A DNA stretch of 64,000 nt. Source: Octopus sinensis (taxonomy: Eukaryota). The DNA is taken from positions 46,934,001 through 46,998,000 of the forward strand of contig NC_043007.1 in NCBI RefSeq assembly GCF_006345805.1, in the 5' to 3' direction. The notes under the pieces are model-generated. The model searched no databases. It had not been told where the DNA came from and saw nothing but the letters and a program-made list of their open reading frames with translations. Each line of letters opens with the position of its first letter. Position 1 is the stretch's first letter. The position numbers were made by a program, and so were the translations under genes. Shown one piece after another: positions 11,204 to 23,450 of this stretch.

Positions 11204-14200
11204 TGTTTCTTTATTAGCCACACAGGGCTGCACACAGATAGAACAAATTACAAGGTAGAGCTTTTCTTTTGAAGGTTTAAAAAAAAATAAATAAATAAAA
11301 TAAAATAAAATAAAATAAAATAAAAATAAAATAAAAAAGGGGGGGTCGATCAAAAGGGATCGTAAAAGGAGAGAAAGAGGACAAAAAAAGGGGGGGTTAA
11401 AAAAAAGGGGAGAGGAAAAAAATTGATCAATAGGGATCGTTATCACAGAAATGTCAATATGAAGTGTAAGGGGAGGACAGGTGAGGTTTACCCGTGGAAA
11501 GAAAAGCCTACGGAAAAGACCACGGTAACCTCGGTCAATGAAGTCACATGTTATATTTCTTTTTTTTTTTTTTTTTCAAATAAGCAACTCTCTGTATTAA
11601 TTTTTACGGTTCATAGAATCATAGTCAAGGTGGCTTCGTCATCCATACGTGCCATCCTTGCTACATTCACCCATCTTTTTTAAAACATTCACTAGACAAA
11701 ACTTGCCTCTCTACTCTCACTTTTTTCTTCAAGTGATACTTGAAGAAGTTGATGAGAGATTGACCAGAGAGGAAAGTGTTTGTCTCTAATCCTTTCAGAC
11801 GCGTCCACCAGATACATTCTTTCGCCATAGCCACAAGTATGATAAAAATAGCTCTTCCTTCCCGTTTGAAGGAAGGAGGCGTGACGATATTAACGATAGA
11901 CTCGGCTGATAAACCGACACGTCCCACACGTGACAGCAGTCGTTCGACATAAGCCCACAGGTGGGAAATTGCTGGACACTGCACGATTGCGTGCATAGCG
12001 GTTTCGTCGCTCTGCCCGCATCTCGGGGAGGTCGGCCCCGTGTTTCTCGAGCCATGCCTATAGAGCTTATCCCGAACGGGTAGCGCTTCTCGGTAGCACC
12101 GCCAGGCCAGGGATCTCTGGAAGTTGTCCATAGGTCCCGGGCCGAAAGTCGTTTGAAACAGGCGGGTCAGGTATTCCTCGTCGACGCCCAGGTTTGCCCC
12201 GAGCTCGTCGTCGTACCTCCCCTCCACTAATCCCCTATAGAATGCTTTGGTTGTGTTGAAGTCACTCAAGGTCGACCCGGGACGGCAGAGTTGCTTGAGA
12301 GCAACGCGACACTCGCGGTGCCATTCGCCCTTCTTCGGCCTCTTTTTGATCCACGGCTGTAGTTCGGTCATGGAGACGAGTTGCGGGAATGCGTGCCTCA
12401 CAAACGGCGACCACACCTGTTCACCGAGGTCTACATAGAGCCGGAGATGTCGCAGTCTCAGCGCGTGTCTGCGCATCATCAACCACGGCACGGCCCAGCC
12501 CTCCTTTTAACGGGTGTTGACAGCAAATGGATCGCCTGACCATCGGGACGCATCCTTTCCACAAGAAGCGGAAGAGGATGCGTTCTAGTTTGGTGATGGT
12601 AGGGTCGGGACAAGGTACGACGGTCAGGCGGTAGTAGATGATGGACGCGATGTACGCGTTCACCACCTCCGCCCGACCTTTTAGGGACAGTTTCCTCTCG
12701 GCCCATTGCTGGGCGAGAGTGACCACCCTACTCGTTATCTCGTTCCAGTTCTCTCTCATTTGGAGGTCCGGACCGAACCAGACCCCGAGCAACTCAACCG
12801 GGCCGTCTGTCCAGCGTCCCACGACGGAGGTACTGGTGGACGGCATGGGCTTGCTTCTCCAGGTGCCGAGCCGCAAGCCCACTGACTTTTCCCGGTTGAT
12901 TTTTGCTCCTGTCACCGCTTCGTAGTCTTTCAGTGTCTCGCCGACCCGCTCGATGTGCTCGTGGCTTGACACTATGACGGTGACGTCGTCCGCGTATGCA
13001 GACACGCTCGTCCCGCATCCTAATTCTTGCGGGATGCCCCTCAGAGTCGCCAGCTTCCGCAGTAGTGGCTCAAGAGTCAATACGTATAGAAGCGCCGAGA
13101 GGGGGCATCCCTGACGGACCGAACGTGCAATGTCGAAGGGTCTCGATAGATGTCCATTTACGCGAATTACCGAACGGATGCCTCTGTACAAGGCAGCTAT
13201 CCAGCCGCGGAAGACGGGCCCGAAACCAGCCGCTCTCAGGACTGCCTCCAAGTATTGATGGTCTACCCTATCAAAGGCTTTCGATTGATCCAAGTTGATC
13301 AGGGCCCCACCCATGCCAGGTTCGTTAACTACCCTGTCTATGATGTAGCGCATCAGATGGAGGTTGTCATGGATGCTCCGGCCCGGCACGGCGCACGTTT
13401 GTGCGTTGTCGACCAGTTTCTCGATGACAAGCGCCAACCTCTTGGCTAACACCTTTGTCAAAATTTTCAGGTCTGCATTGAGCAGAGTGATTGGCCTAAA
13501 GTTATCTATAATGTTTCCCTTGTTTGGATCTTTCTTCAGCAGAGTTACAGCTCCTCGACTCACAAAACCGGGTATGCTCCCGTTTTGCTGCCAGTTGCAG
13601 TATACCGCTGCCAAGACGTCTCCAAACAAGTCTGGCATACAATAGTAAAATTCGTAGGGTAGACCATCCAAACCCGGTGATTTATCCCTCGAGCATTCTG
13701 CCATCGCTTCCCGCACTTCCGCCGCCGTGATGGCACCTTCGCAGCACCCTGCCTTTCTTGTCGAGAGTCGTGGCAGGCTATGTAGGTAGGCACTGAAGTC
13801 TACCCTACGTTCTTGCCCTCCACTCGTCCCGAACAGTCGGGCAAAATGCTGCTGAAAGGCCTCACACATTTTACTTGGCTCGAGCAATTCGCGCCCCTGT
13901 TCATCTACCAGTGACCGAATGGTGGCTTTGTTGCCCTGTTGCGCCTCTGCCACCCGGCCTCTCTCGCGGCTCCAACACCTTCGTTCCTTAGAGCACGCAT
14001 CCTAGCTCTGACAGCACATCCTTCGTGTTTGGCGTTGAAGTGTTGGTCGAGGGCCAACCTCGCCGCCAAAACGTCGGATGCGATGCCGCTACTAATTGCC
14101 TCTTCTAGCTTCTTAACTAGCTCACCCTCTACTCTATTTCTATCTATGGCTAGTGCTTTGCTGTACCTAATCGCTTCTGCTTTTACTGCTCTCTTGAGGG

Positions 14201-15090
14201 CAAACCACCATTTGTTGTTGATGATGGCTCCCGTCAAAGCCCTCTTTACTAGTGTGCTAATCCGGTCTCTGAAAACTTGTCTGGACGGGAATGATGCGTT
14301 CAGTTTCCAGTACCCAGGACCCTGTCTATGTGCCTTATCTAAGTCTAGCGTACACGTCACCAATTTGTGATCCGTGTAGCTGACTGTGTGGAATTGTGGA
14401 CATCCTAAGTTATCCTTGTCTACTGTCCTACACAGTATCCTATCTAGATACGATCTCGACGACCCACTGCGGTTGCTCCATGTCCACGTTGGTGCATTTG
14501 GGTGGTCGAGTCGGTACCTGTCAGACAGTTGGAATCGTCTGAGCAGGTCTCTGAGGCATTTGCATCCCCTTCTGTTTCTGTCTCTACCCACGTAGTCTAC
14601 ATGCGTGTCCAAGGTAGCATTCCAATCCCCCACTAAGAGTAAAGGACGAGACGTTCCCAAGAATACGTCGAAAGAAATCCGCCCGACCTGTTAAGGGCGG
14701 TGCGTAGACTGATACGAGTCGAAAAGCGCACCCATTGCTGCCGTCAACATCCAGAACGATCAGTCTACCCTCCGGTCTACGAATATCGTCTTGACTTCGA
14801 GATCCAGGCTCTGTGAAAAAGTACCGCGGTGCCACTACCGCCCATCCTCGGCAGACAGGGAGCGAAATAAATGTTAAACTGTCCGCCAAACATGGACTTT
14901 AGGGCCCGTGGCTCGTGGAGTCTGGTCTCACTTATGGCTATGATTCCCAAATCATGTGACTTGATGTCATTTAGGAGGTATCCTTGTTTCCAAGTGACCC
15001 CAAGCCACGCGCATTCACACAACCAATCTTGACCATGATTCTATTGGGGTGTGTGCTTTAAAACACACAAATGAAAGTACAGAGAGTTAC
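11204..15090 (-). mobile_element. Tx1/L1-clade LINE, copy C (ORF2 only, complete 3' end)
   Basis: 54-nt leader, ORF2 at 11611-15036, 3' UTR ending GTGGCTAATAAAGAAACA followed by (TATC)n. Confidence 0.92.
11611..15036 (-). pseudogene. Copy C ORF2 (APE-RT-CCHC), frameshifted
   Basis: ATG at 15036 gives MVKIGCVNARGLG; same EN and RT motifs; TGA at 11611-11613. Pieces are 13905-14660, 12421-13953 and 11667-12491. Confidence 0.9.

Positions 15091-15173
<83 letters not shown>
15091..15173. repeat. (GATA)n tract flanking the 5' end of the LINE array
   Basis: Directly visible pure run. Confidence 0.98.
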
Positions 15174-15689
15174 GTAGGGGATGTTAGGTGCATTATTTAT
15201 CCTCCCTGTTTATTATTTGGATATGATAATTTTGTTATTAATTCAGGCGAAATACCTGTGCGATAGCGTATTTTTCGTTTCATTTACATCAATTACTAAA
15301 CATGGCGACGGGGAAATTACATTCTCTGGTCTACAATATCCAATCCCACATTTCACACAGCGAAGCATTGTACCCATATTAGATATTTATTTTTATTTCA
15401 AGCTTTCAGAACTATATAAGAAGTTTAATGAATTTTTTTCACTTTAGCTGAAAGGTGTAATGGAGTAGCAGAAATGTTACGTGTGTAATCTCAGCCCGAA
15501 ATGAACTGAGAAGAAATCGAATACACATATATATCTATATGTACACACAAACGCACAGACCCACGCACACACACACACACACACACATATGTACAAATGT
15601 TTCGACTAGAGATATTTTGATATAAATCCTTTAACTCAGTAGAAAATTAAAAAAAGGAAGTAAATCCCTTTCGGTCACCATATGATCAT

Positions 15690-15975
15690 GGGATTGCACA
15701 CAGAAAGTTCCCCGTCCGAGGCACACGTGTGGGTAAGGTTGTTTTGTGGAAGACCGGCAGTCACCCATGCATACCAATCTCCCCTCCCCACGCCACCAAT
15801 ATTGGCGAAAGGAAAGGCAGAGCCTAGCACCAGCGACGTCGCAACTCATTTCAACAGCTGAAAGAACTGGAGCAACGTGAAATGAAGGGTCTTGCTCGGG
15901 AGCATAACCCACAGGGTTGTCCGGTATTCGAGCTCACCACCTCCTCCCCCTAACTACTGAGCCATGCATCTTCAC
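15690..15975 (-). mobile_element. tRNA-type SINE (degenerate)
   Basis: Minus-strand head GTGAAGATGCATGGCTCAGTAGTTAG with a box-B-like GCTCGAATACC; body is homologous to 43200-43378. Confidence 0.65.
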
Positions 15976-17363
15976 ACAGAAATAACATATAACCATAAAT
16001 ATAAACAGCAGTGTAAATTTAAGCTAAATTACATGAAATCCACCTACCATTTCAAGACAAATTAACAAACCGTTCTTGACAAGATGACTGTTTTGTTCTG
16101 ACTGAGATAACAGCACCGCTCGCGTTTCACAAATCCCCTCTCATACATGGTGATGCAGTCAAGAAAACAGCGCAATTGTTCGCGGATAATTTATTTCAGT
16201 TACATTGATAACAGCAGTTGGGTGGAAAATAATTACACTATGCGATATTCTTCCTTATTTGGAAAGCCTGAAACTTTAAGTGAAACTTGTTATGTAGAAA
16301 TTTAACGCCTTCGTACATATTTCATTTTATGTACATATTTTGTTGTATTTACGGTGATTTCCATTTCATGCGTGATTTTACAGATTCTTTAAGTAAAGAT
16401 CTTGCCTTTTACTAGTTGTTATTTTTGTTGTTACTGATTTTGTCTTTTGTCTATTATCTCTATGTTAATTCCTGTAGAGTACTTCTTTCATATAGTGATT
16501 CTTGTTGTGAACTATGTTTTAGAATTATTTAGACTGATAATATTCAGTATGACATTTAGTTACACGATCGAATATTAGGGTATGAATTGAGGGGCATTCA
16601 CCTATTGTTTCTTGCATGCAAAGCCAGCACATAGAAGTGACCTCAAAGTTTTACTGGTTCATAAAGCTACAGACAACTCATGAAATAACCATGATAGTGT
16701 GTTTCGGTTTCACTTTGATATATCTGACTCAGATGAGTGCTATAAGTGAGGTATTGAGTAAATATCTATTCCACTATTATTTATTGTTTTTATCTTTTAC
16801 TGCCTAGCACTAATTGATAGTACTTCGCCATTTTTTCCTTCTGCAAAACGAATAAAAATTACAAGTTCGTGGATATAAACGGAAATGTACAGATAAAAAT
16901 TCTTTTCATGTCTCGCGGTTATCAGACATGAGAAGTGTATCATTGATGTAACAGAATTTTGTTAATTCTCACCACCGTTGATGTGCACTTGTATATTTCG
17001 GGGTATTTTATCATGCCTTTATAATAAATTTTATGAAGATGCAGATTTTTCTTATGAAGCGTGATCTTAAATAGCATTTTTGGAGATTTCCCGGAAGATT
17101 AAGATACAAAACTGTTGTGAAAGCAGACAGAATAATATATAGATGTTGGTATATTTCCTAGTGCAATTAGGAACGTAGAACTTTTAATAAAAGTATGGTA
17201 GACTTACAGTCTATGATATTAAGGCAACATACCTTGTGTTCAACATTAAGTTTCTCAATAAGTAGAATTTTCGAGATTGTAATGGTTTTTCTTATTATGA
17301 AACTGATAAAAGTACTCTAAAGAATATATGTGCATGTGTGTGTGTGTGTGTGTGCGTGTGTGT

Positions 17364-17524
17364 AGGCGCAGGAGTGGTTGTGTGGTAAGAAGCATTCTTT
17401 CCAAAGACATAGTTCCGAGTTCAGTCCCAGTGCGTGGAACCTTGGACAAGTGTCATCTAATATAGCCTCGGACCGACCAAAGCCTTGTCAGTGGGTTTGG
17501 ATGACGGAAACTGAAAGAAAGTCG

Positions 17525-17580
<56 letters not shown>

Positions 17581-17595
17581 GTGAGTGTGTGTGCA
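17364..17595 (+). mobile_element. tRNA-type SINE (GGCGCAGGAGTGG head) ending in (GT)n
   Basis: Box A-like TGGTTGTGTGG and box B-like GAGTTCAGTCCC; related copies at 22530, 27965 (minus), 32218 and 54655 (minus). Confidence 0.8.
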
Positions 17596-17699
17596 TATAA
17601 TATAGCATATAGCAGGACGAGTTAAAAATGCTTTCGTAGTTCAAGCCTTAATTAACAATTCAAACGAATTATGTACAAAACACGTTTATTCATCAATAT

Positions 17700-18620
17700 A
17701 TACCATATCACATTCTTTTGTCTGTTGCCAGAAGCTCAATACCACGGTTTTATCATTTGGCTGATTTAGAATGCTGGTTTAGAGGTTGATCAAGAGACTG
17801 GTGTAGAGGCAAAGAGAACCTTAGTCTGTGAAGCAAAACGTGCCATAGCTCAGAACGGTTATTAAACACGTAATTATTATGTAAGCATGATGATGAAGCA
17901 CTTCTTGTCCATCAAGCACCTCAAGTTTGTACTTGTTCACATTGGCAATGTGCATTGCGGTATGGTCATACTGAGGAAGCGCAGAATGCCAAATAGTGGG
18001 CCATCAAAGCATCATATATTCGCTGTAGTTGTTGAGTATAAAGGTTAGCTTTCACGGCATGATTATCTGGGAAAAGCTCACAGAGCAACAACGCCTCGAA
18101 ATTTCCATCAACACACAACGTTACTTCTATAAAAACGCCCATTGTTTAACAATAGGCTCTGAAACCTGACCGGAATGAATCCACTGGCTTTTCTAATTAG
18201 GATTCCGAAAATAGATCCATTGTTCATTCTCACTTAAAATTCGATGCCAGAAACTAGTATCAGGAGGATTTCCTAAGTGTTGTTAGCAAATGTTGACATG
18301 TCATTGAGACTGACCACTGGACGGATCATGAGGAACTTCTTGACAGAATCTGTTCTCCAGGCCGAGCTTTTGGAGGTGTCAATTGATGGTACTTTGTGAA
18401 AGACCAAGTTCTCACAGTAATATTCGAATGCTTGTGCCTAATTAGTGTTCAACCAATTCAAACAAGGTCTCATCTTCCACAGCACAAGGTTTGTCTGCGG
18501 GACTGTTTCACATTCCTTAAAACGTCTGAACCAGATTTTTACCACTCGTTCGGCTTCCATATCATTAAATCCTTTTTCTAGTAATCTTGCACTCAATGCC
18601 TTTTCCACATTAGTATAAAA
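17700..18620 (-). pseudogene. Decayed mariner (Tc1/mariner) transposase
   Basis: Minus-strand translation shows WFRRFK, ELGLSQSTI.HLQKLG, EVPH (WVPHEL-like), RILSENEQWIY (TGDEKW-like), QYDHTAMH (HDNARPH-like) and EVLHHHAY (HPPYSPD-like), with many stops. Confidence 0.75.
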
Positions 18621-18817
18621 TAGGTCAATTTTTTCACTTTTCATAACCAAAGCTGCAAAATACAGAATAAACAATTTATGTTTACATGTTACATATGAAA
18701 ATAAAGAATAAAAAATTCAACAGTAATGGGACAAGTATCAAATTCATGACAAAACAAAGATAATCAAGTTGCCAATGATCCTTAGTGATAATCCGGACGA
18801 AATTTTGACTGAAAAAG

Positions 18818-18886
<69 letters not shown>
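18818..18886. repeat. (TAG)n microsatellite
   Basis: Directly visible. Confidence 0.95.
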
Positions 18887-20139
18887 ATAGTATCATCAGC
18901 AGTATTAGTAGTAATAGTTGTAGTCAAAAACATATATATAGATATATCGTATCTATACATATGCGTGTGTATATATATAAATATACATAATTGTAAATAT
19001 ATATAATATATAAATGCATATTTATATATATTTATATATTCCTACATGTATGTATATTTTACCCACCTACACATAAACACACACATAAATGTCTATACAC
19101 ATATCTGCTTATATCTGTGTTAGTGTATGCACGATTATCATAACTTGTAAGTGGGTAGAATATGTTATTCCGTCCACAGAGATGTAAAAATCTAAACAAA
19201 CCAGGCTACATATGTGATGAAATCAATAACGTGAATAAATATATGTATATAAAAAGGACATGTTATAATACTATTCCACATATACAAAACGGCCATACCA
19301 ACAATCCAGCATACCTACATCATCAGCTGCCCCACGGATATCATTATGGTTTCGACACCTGGACAGTACCATTTAATCCGGCCGTGTCAACAACACTAAA
19401 ATACGTGTTGTTCGGGAACAAACATATCCCAAAAAACTACATCTTTCAAACACATTTACCCTATGTACAACAGTATTCAATCTAAATATAGGTAAGATTA
19501 AGCACTAACTTTAAAATTAACAACAACAAGAAACACATAAATGTTGGTTCATATGTACTTCTTCTTGTTCCTGTGCATGCGTGTTTCTGATTTAATTGTT
19601 GGTACACTGAGCAGCATACTTTAGATAATGGAAATTTACAATATATTTTATTATATGCCAGCAGTACATATATTTTGAGTGATCCCAATGCAAAATAGGT
19701 CCAGCTGCCCTACTCTATGGTTATTCCATGGAATTAATAATTGATTCCATAATTCTATCAGATAACATATTGTCAAATGTTTCTCTGGTATTAGGGAATA
19801 TATGATATTACATTACAAGCCTGATTAGAGAATAAGTTAAATATTGCAACGTAAACCCAAATCGTTCTTCTTGACCAAATACACGTTATACACTCTCAAT
19901 CAGTTATTTAGTTTTCACATGAAATAGAAATAACGAGTTCTTTTGTATATTAGGTGACGTTGCTGTACTTTATTTGAGAGAATTATCAGAACATTTTAAA
20001 CTGATTTGTGGTATGAGTAAATAAATTATGATCAGATGAAATTCTTAATAGATCAGATGTCTATCAATTACAAATTTCAGGAATGTTTAATCAAAGTAAA
20101 TGTAAAATGTTGATTTCAAATTTTGACACAAGCCCTGCA

Positions 20140-20325
20140 GCTCGGAGTAGGGAGTAAGTTGGTTAGATCGACCCAAGTGTTCAACTGGTATTCATCTTAT
20201 CGACCCCTAAAGGAGTGAAATGCAAATCTACCTTGGCGGAACTTGAATTCAGCGTGTAAAGTCGGACGCATTGCTGCTTAGCATTTTTCCCACCGTGCTT
20301 ACGATTCTGCCAGCCCGCCACCTTA
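20140..20325 (-). mobile_element. tRNA-type SINE (AAGGTGGCGGGCTGGCAGAATCG head)
   Basis: Box A-like TGGCAGAATCGTAAG and box B-like GAATTCAAGTTCC; degenerate plus-strand relative at about 53153-53285. Confidence 0.75.
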
Positions 20326-22529
20326 AGAAAATGTAAAATATCAAAATGCATGATATAATCTAAAGAAGTTACACCGAGACAGAAAAATTACATTAAGACA
20401 ACGAGGTGCCTTATATTTTGACAACAAATAGTGATAGCTGCCAAACCATTACTGATTTCACAATAAGGAAGGACACATATAGAAAAATGTAATCTGGATA
20501 CATTGTAAAAATAATAATTAAAAATGGAATGATCGCACCTTGAATAACTTTGACTAGACCTCTACATAATGATAGGTGACTAAGGGCTAAACAACACCAT
20601 TGAGCCAAATTTAAGCTCATTAGCTGTTCGTTACTTGCATCGGCGCTGGTAGAGAGATTGATCAGAGATATGATAGAACAAAGAATGCTAATGAGTTGTT
20701 TAACTTACTTTGGCTATAGCTCTGCAAGCAAATTTTATATATTGACTTGATCTCACAAATATATCAAAATAACGATGCAGTTGTGACCATGTCTTCTTAT
20801 GGCAAAGCATACATTAATTTCAAACTACATAAGATATACTTAGTAAATGTTGTTCACGTTTGCTCCATGTGGTTTATAATACCTCATATAGTTTACCAGA
20901 ACTAGATCGGCTAGTGTTTTTCTTGTTCAAAAGCGAACGTTGTGATTTGACAGGGGATGTCCCTGCAGAAGGCATCGCTGTTTCATCAAAATCGAAACTT
21001 ATTTTTCATGCAGCATATGCAAATATCGTTGTTCTTTCGTGCATTTTAATTAAATTAAACCTTGATATAAATCTGTCAATTACGTTAGAATATCTAAAAA
21101 GATGTGAGAAACAGTTTAGCTTGAAGTCTAGAATATCTCAACAGAAGATCACTTTCATTCATTAAAGTTTAACGATATATATACAATGGTCGTTTTTACT
21201 GCACAAGTTGATACTTTTGACTACACAAATGGTATATTATTTTCTCAACTACGACATTTTGTCAGATCACGCCATTTGAATTCAAATTTGAAAAGCTTGC
21301 AAAACTCACAGCTTTTATAGAAATCGCAATGGAATATAATAGCAAGAGCATTTTGTGTGTGTGTGAATGTGTATGTGTCTGTGTGTGCATGCGTCTGTAC
21401 GTGAATGTGTGTGTGTATGTGTGTACACATATATTTATGCATGTCATTGAAAAAGAAACTGGAAATCTGCAATTTTCCCGTGAATATTGCTTCACTGGAA
21501 ATTGTAGTAATGCTGCGGGAGATGTTTTATGTTGAGTTCATGCAAATGAAATTTATAATGATTCAAATACCGTGAGTGAGTAAAATACAGATTTAGTCCC
21601 TCAAGCTGTGAATGTTATTCCAAATTCTCAAACTGAAGAATGCAAATTGACAATTCCTGCAGGAATTCTTACAGGAACGAATAGTTCAAGAGGTATTAGA
21701 TGCAGTTCTAGAATTACAAAAGAAATGTAGCCAATTCGTTTCCTGGAGATATGATGTCTTTGTTATGCTTATATTATTGTAGTATAGCTTACATTTAACA
21801 TGCTTCCGCGTAATCAAGACTATGTAAGATGGCTTCCAAGATTTATATTGTGGGGGTCGAGTATTCAGTTGAATATAGCTCTAGCACAAAAGGCGACGCG
21901 TTATTACGGCTTTATTTGAATGAAATGGGTAGAACATATCACCTATATCATTTAAATTCTATTTATCAAATCCTTTATACATATCCTGCTGCTCAATTCT
22001 GTTGTGCAGGGCACTACACACTGCATTAATAAATTGACAAATACGTTGTATTGCGTTCGGTCGACCATGCATTGTACTACTTGTAATATGCAGTGAATAT
22101 TTTGCAGTGTGCAGATTTTGAGATGAAGAAACCGATCAAACAAATGCTATAAGAAGAGACTACAAATACATTAAAGGATTTGTTTGGTAAGAAATGTTCA
22201 TAAATGTGTGCACGTTAATAATTTAACTTCCTAACCAGCTTCAATCAAACAGGTGTTCCATCTACGATCGTTTTTATTTTATCTCCAGGTCGGCTCTGAT
22301 CAGGCAGACCTATAATAAAAATCGTCCAACCTATGACCTTATTGTCATATATCTAAACTACTTCTGAGATCAACCTCATCGACTGACGTTCTCACTGTAA
22401 GTGTTACAATGCAATATGACTATTGTTTCTAGCAGATTGATCAAGTTTGCAATGTCAACGTCGTTGGCTTCATACATGCAGGAAAATCACTGCTGGTGGA
22501 ATCAGCGACGCATTGTACAAAATATATAT

Positions 22530-23152
22530 AGGCGCAGGAGTGGCTGTGTGATAGTAGCTTGCTTACCAATCACATGGTTCTAAGTTCAATGAGCAAATGT
22601 CTTCTACTATAGCCTCGGCCCGACTAAAGCCTTGTGAGTGGATTTGGTAGGCAGAAACTGAAAGCAACCCGTCGTATATATGTATGTATATATATATATG
22701 TATGTATATATATATATATATAATTTTATCCTACATTAGTTGTAAATTGATTAGTTTTCACTTCCGGATTCTATCACTCTGTGAATGTTTCTAGTTCGAA
22801 TCACACGTGTCTCGAGACGTGCCGAAGATTTTCTATTTTGGATATATTTGGGGTACTTAGGTCTGCTCAGGACTTGGTGCTTGCTTTTTCCATGGGTATG
22901 AGTAAGTATTTCACTTATATCTCGCGTATTTGCCGCTGAAGAGGAGAAAATTCTTATGAATTAACTCCGAAATTGGTCCAATACGGTAATAACAAATTTT
23001 TTAGAAATTTCTATCGGTTTGTTTCGAGACGCATAAATTATAATGGTTAATTTTTCTTTTGACCTTATATTGTAACTTATTTATAAATTTAACCTTTAAA
23101 GGTACTTTTTGATGAAATTTTTTTCCCGAAAAAAATTTTATCCTACATTAGT

Positions 23153-23184
<32 letters not shown>

Positions 23185-23450
23185 TATATGTATATATATA
23201 TGTATGTATGTGTGTCTATATGTTTGTGTGTCTGTGTTTGTCCCCTCAAAATCGCTTGACAACCGATGCTGTTGTGTTTATGTCCCCGTAACTTAGCGGT
23301 TCAGCAAAAGTGACCAATGGAATAAACAATAGGCTTACAAAGAATAAGTCCTGGGCTCGATTTGCTCGACTAAAGGCGGTGCTTCAGCATGGCCGCAGTC
23401 AAATGACTGAAACAAGTAAAAGAGTAAAAGAGTAAAAGAGTAAAGAGTAA
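22530..23450 (+). mobile_element. SINE (same family as 17364) split by an insertion at 22722-23153
   Basis: Head at 22530-22680, TA/TATG spacer, 3' half at about 23225-23450 ending in GTAAAAGA repeats. Confidence 0.8.
22722..23153 (+). mobile_element. About 410-bp insert bounded by 20-bp direct repeats; probable solo PLE pseudo-LTR with a decayed hammerhead
   Basis: AATTTTATCCTACATTAGTT at 22722-22741 and 23134-23153; CTGAAGA-GGAG…CTCC-GAAA-TTGG-TC at 22936-22978. Confidence 0.55.

Noticed and set aside
10105-11235. 376-aa ORF reading from copy C's 3' UTR through the TATC tract (IYLS repeats) into copy B ORF1
   Set aside because: Starts at GTG with a TAA a few codons upstream and no ATG; TATC repeats have no stop on this strand, so read-through is expected by chance.
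19162-19485. 107-aa non-repetitive ORF (likewise 27300-27737 and 57257-57454) as a possible host exon
   Set aside because: No recognisable domain or convincing splice context; the length is within chance expectation.
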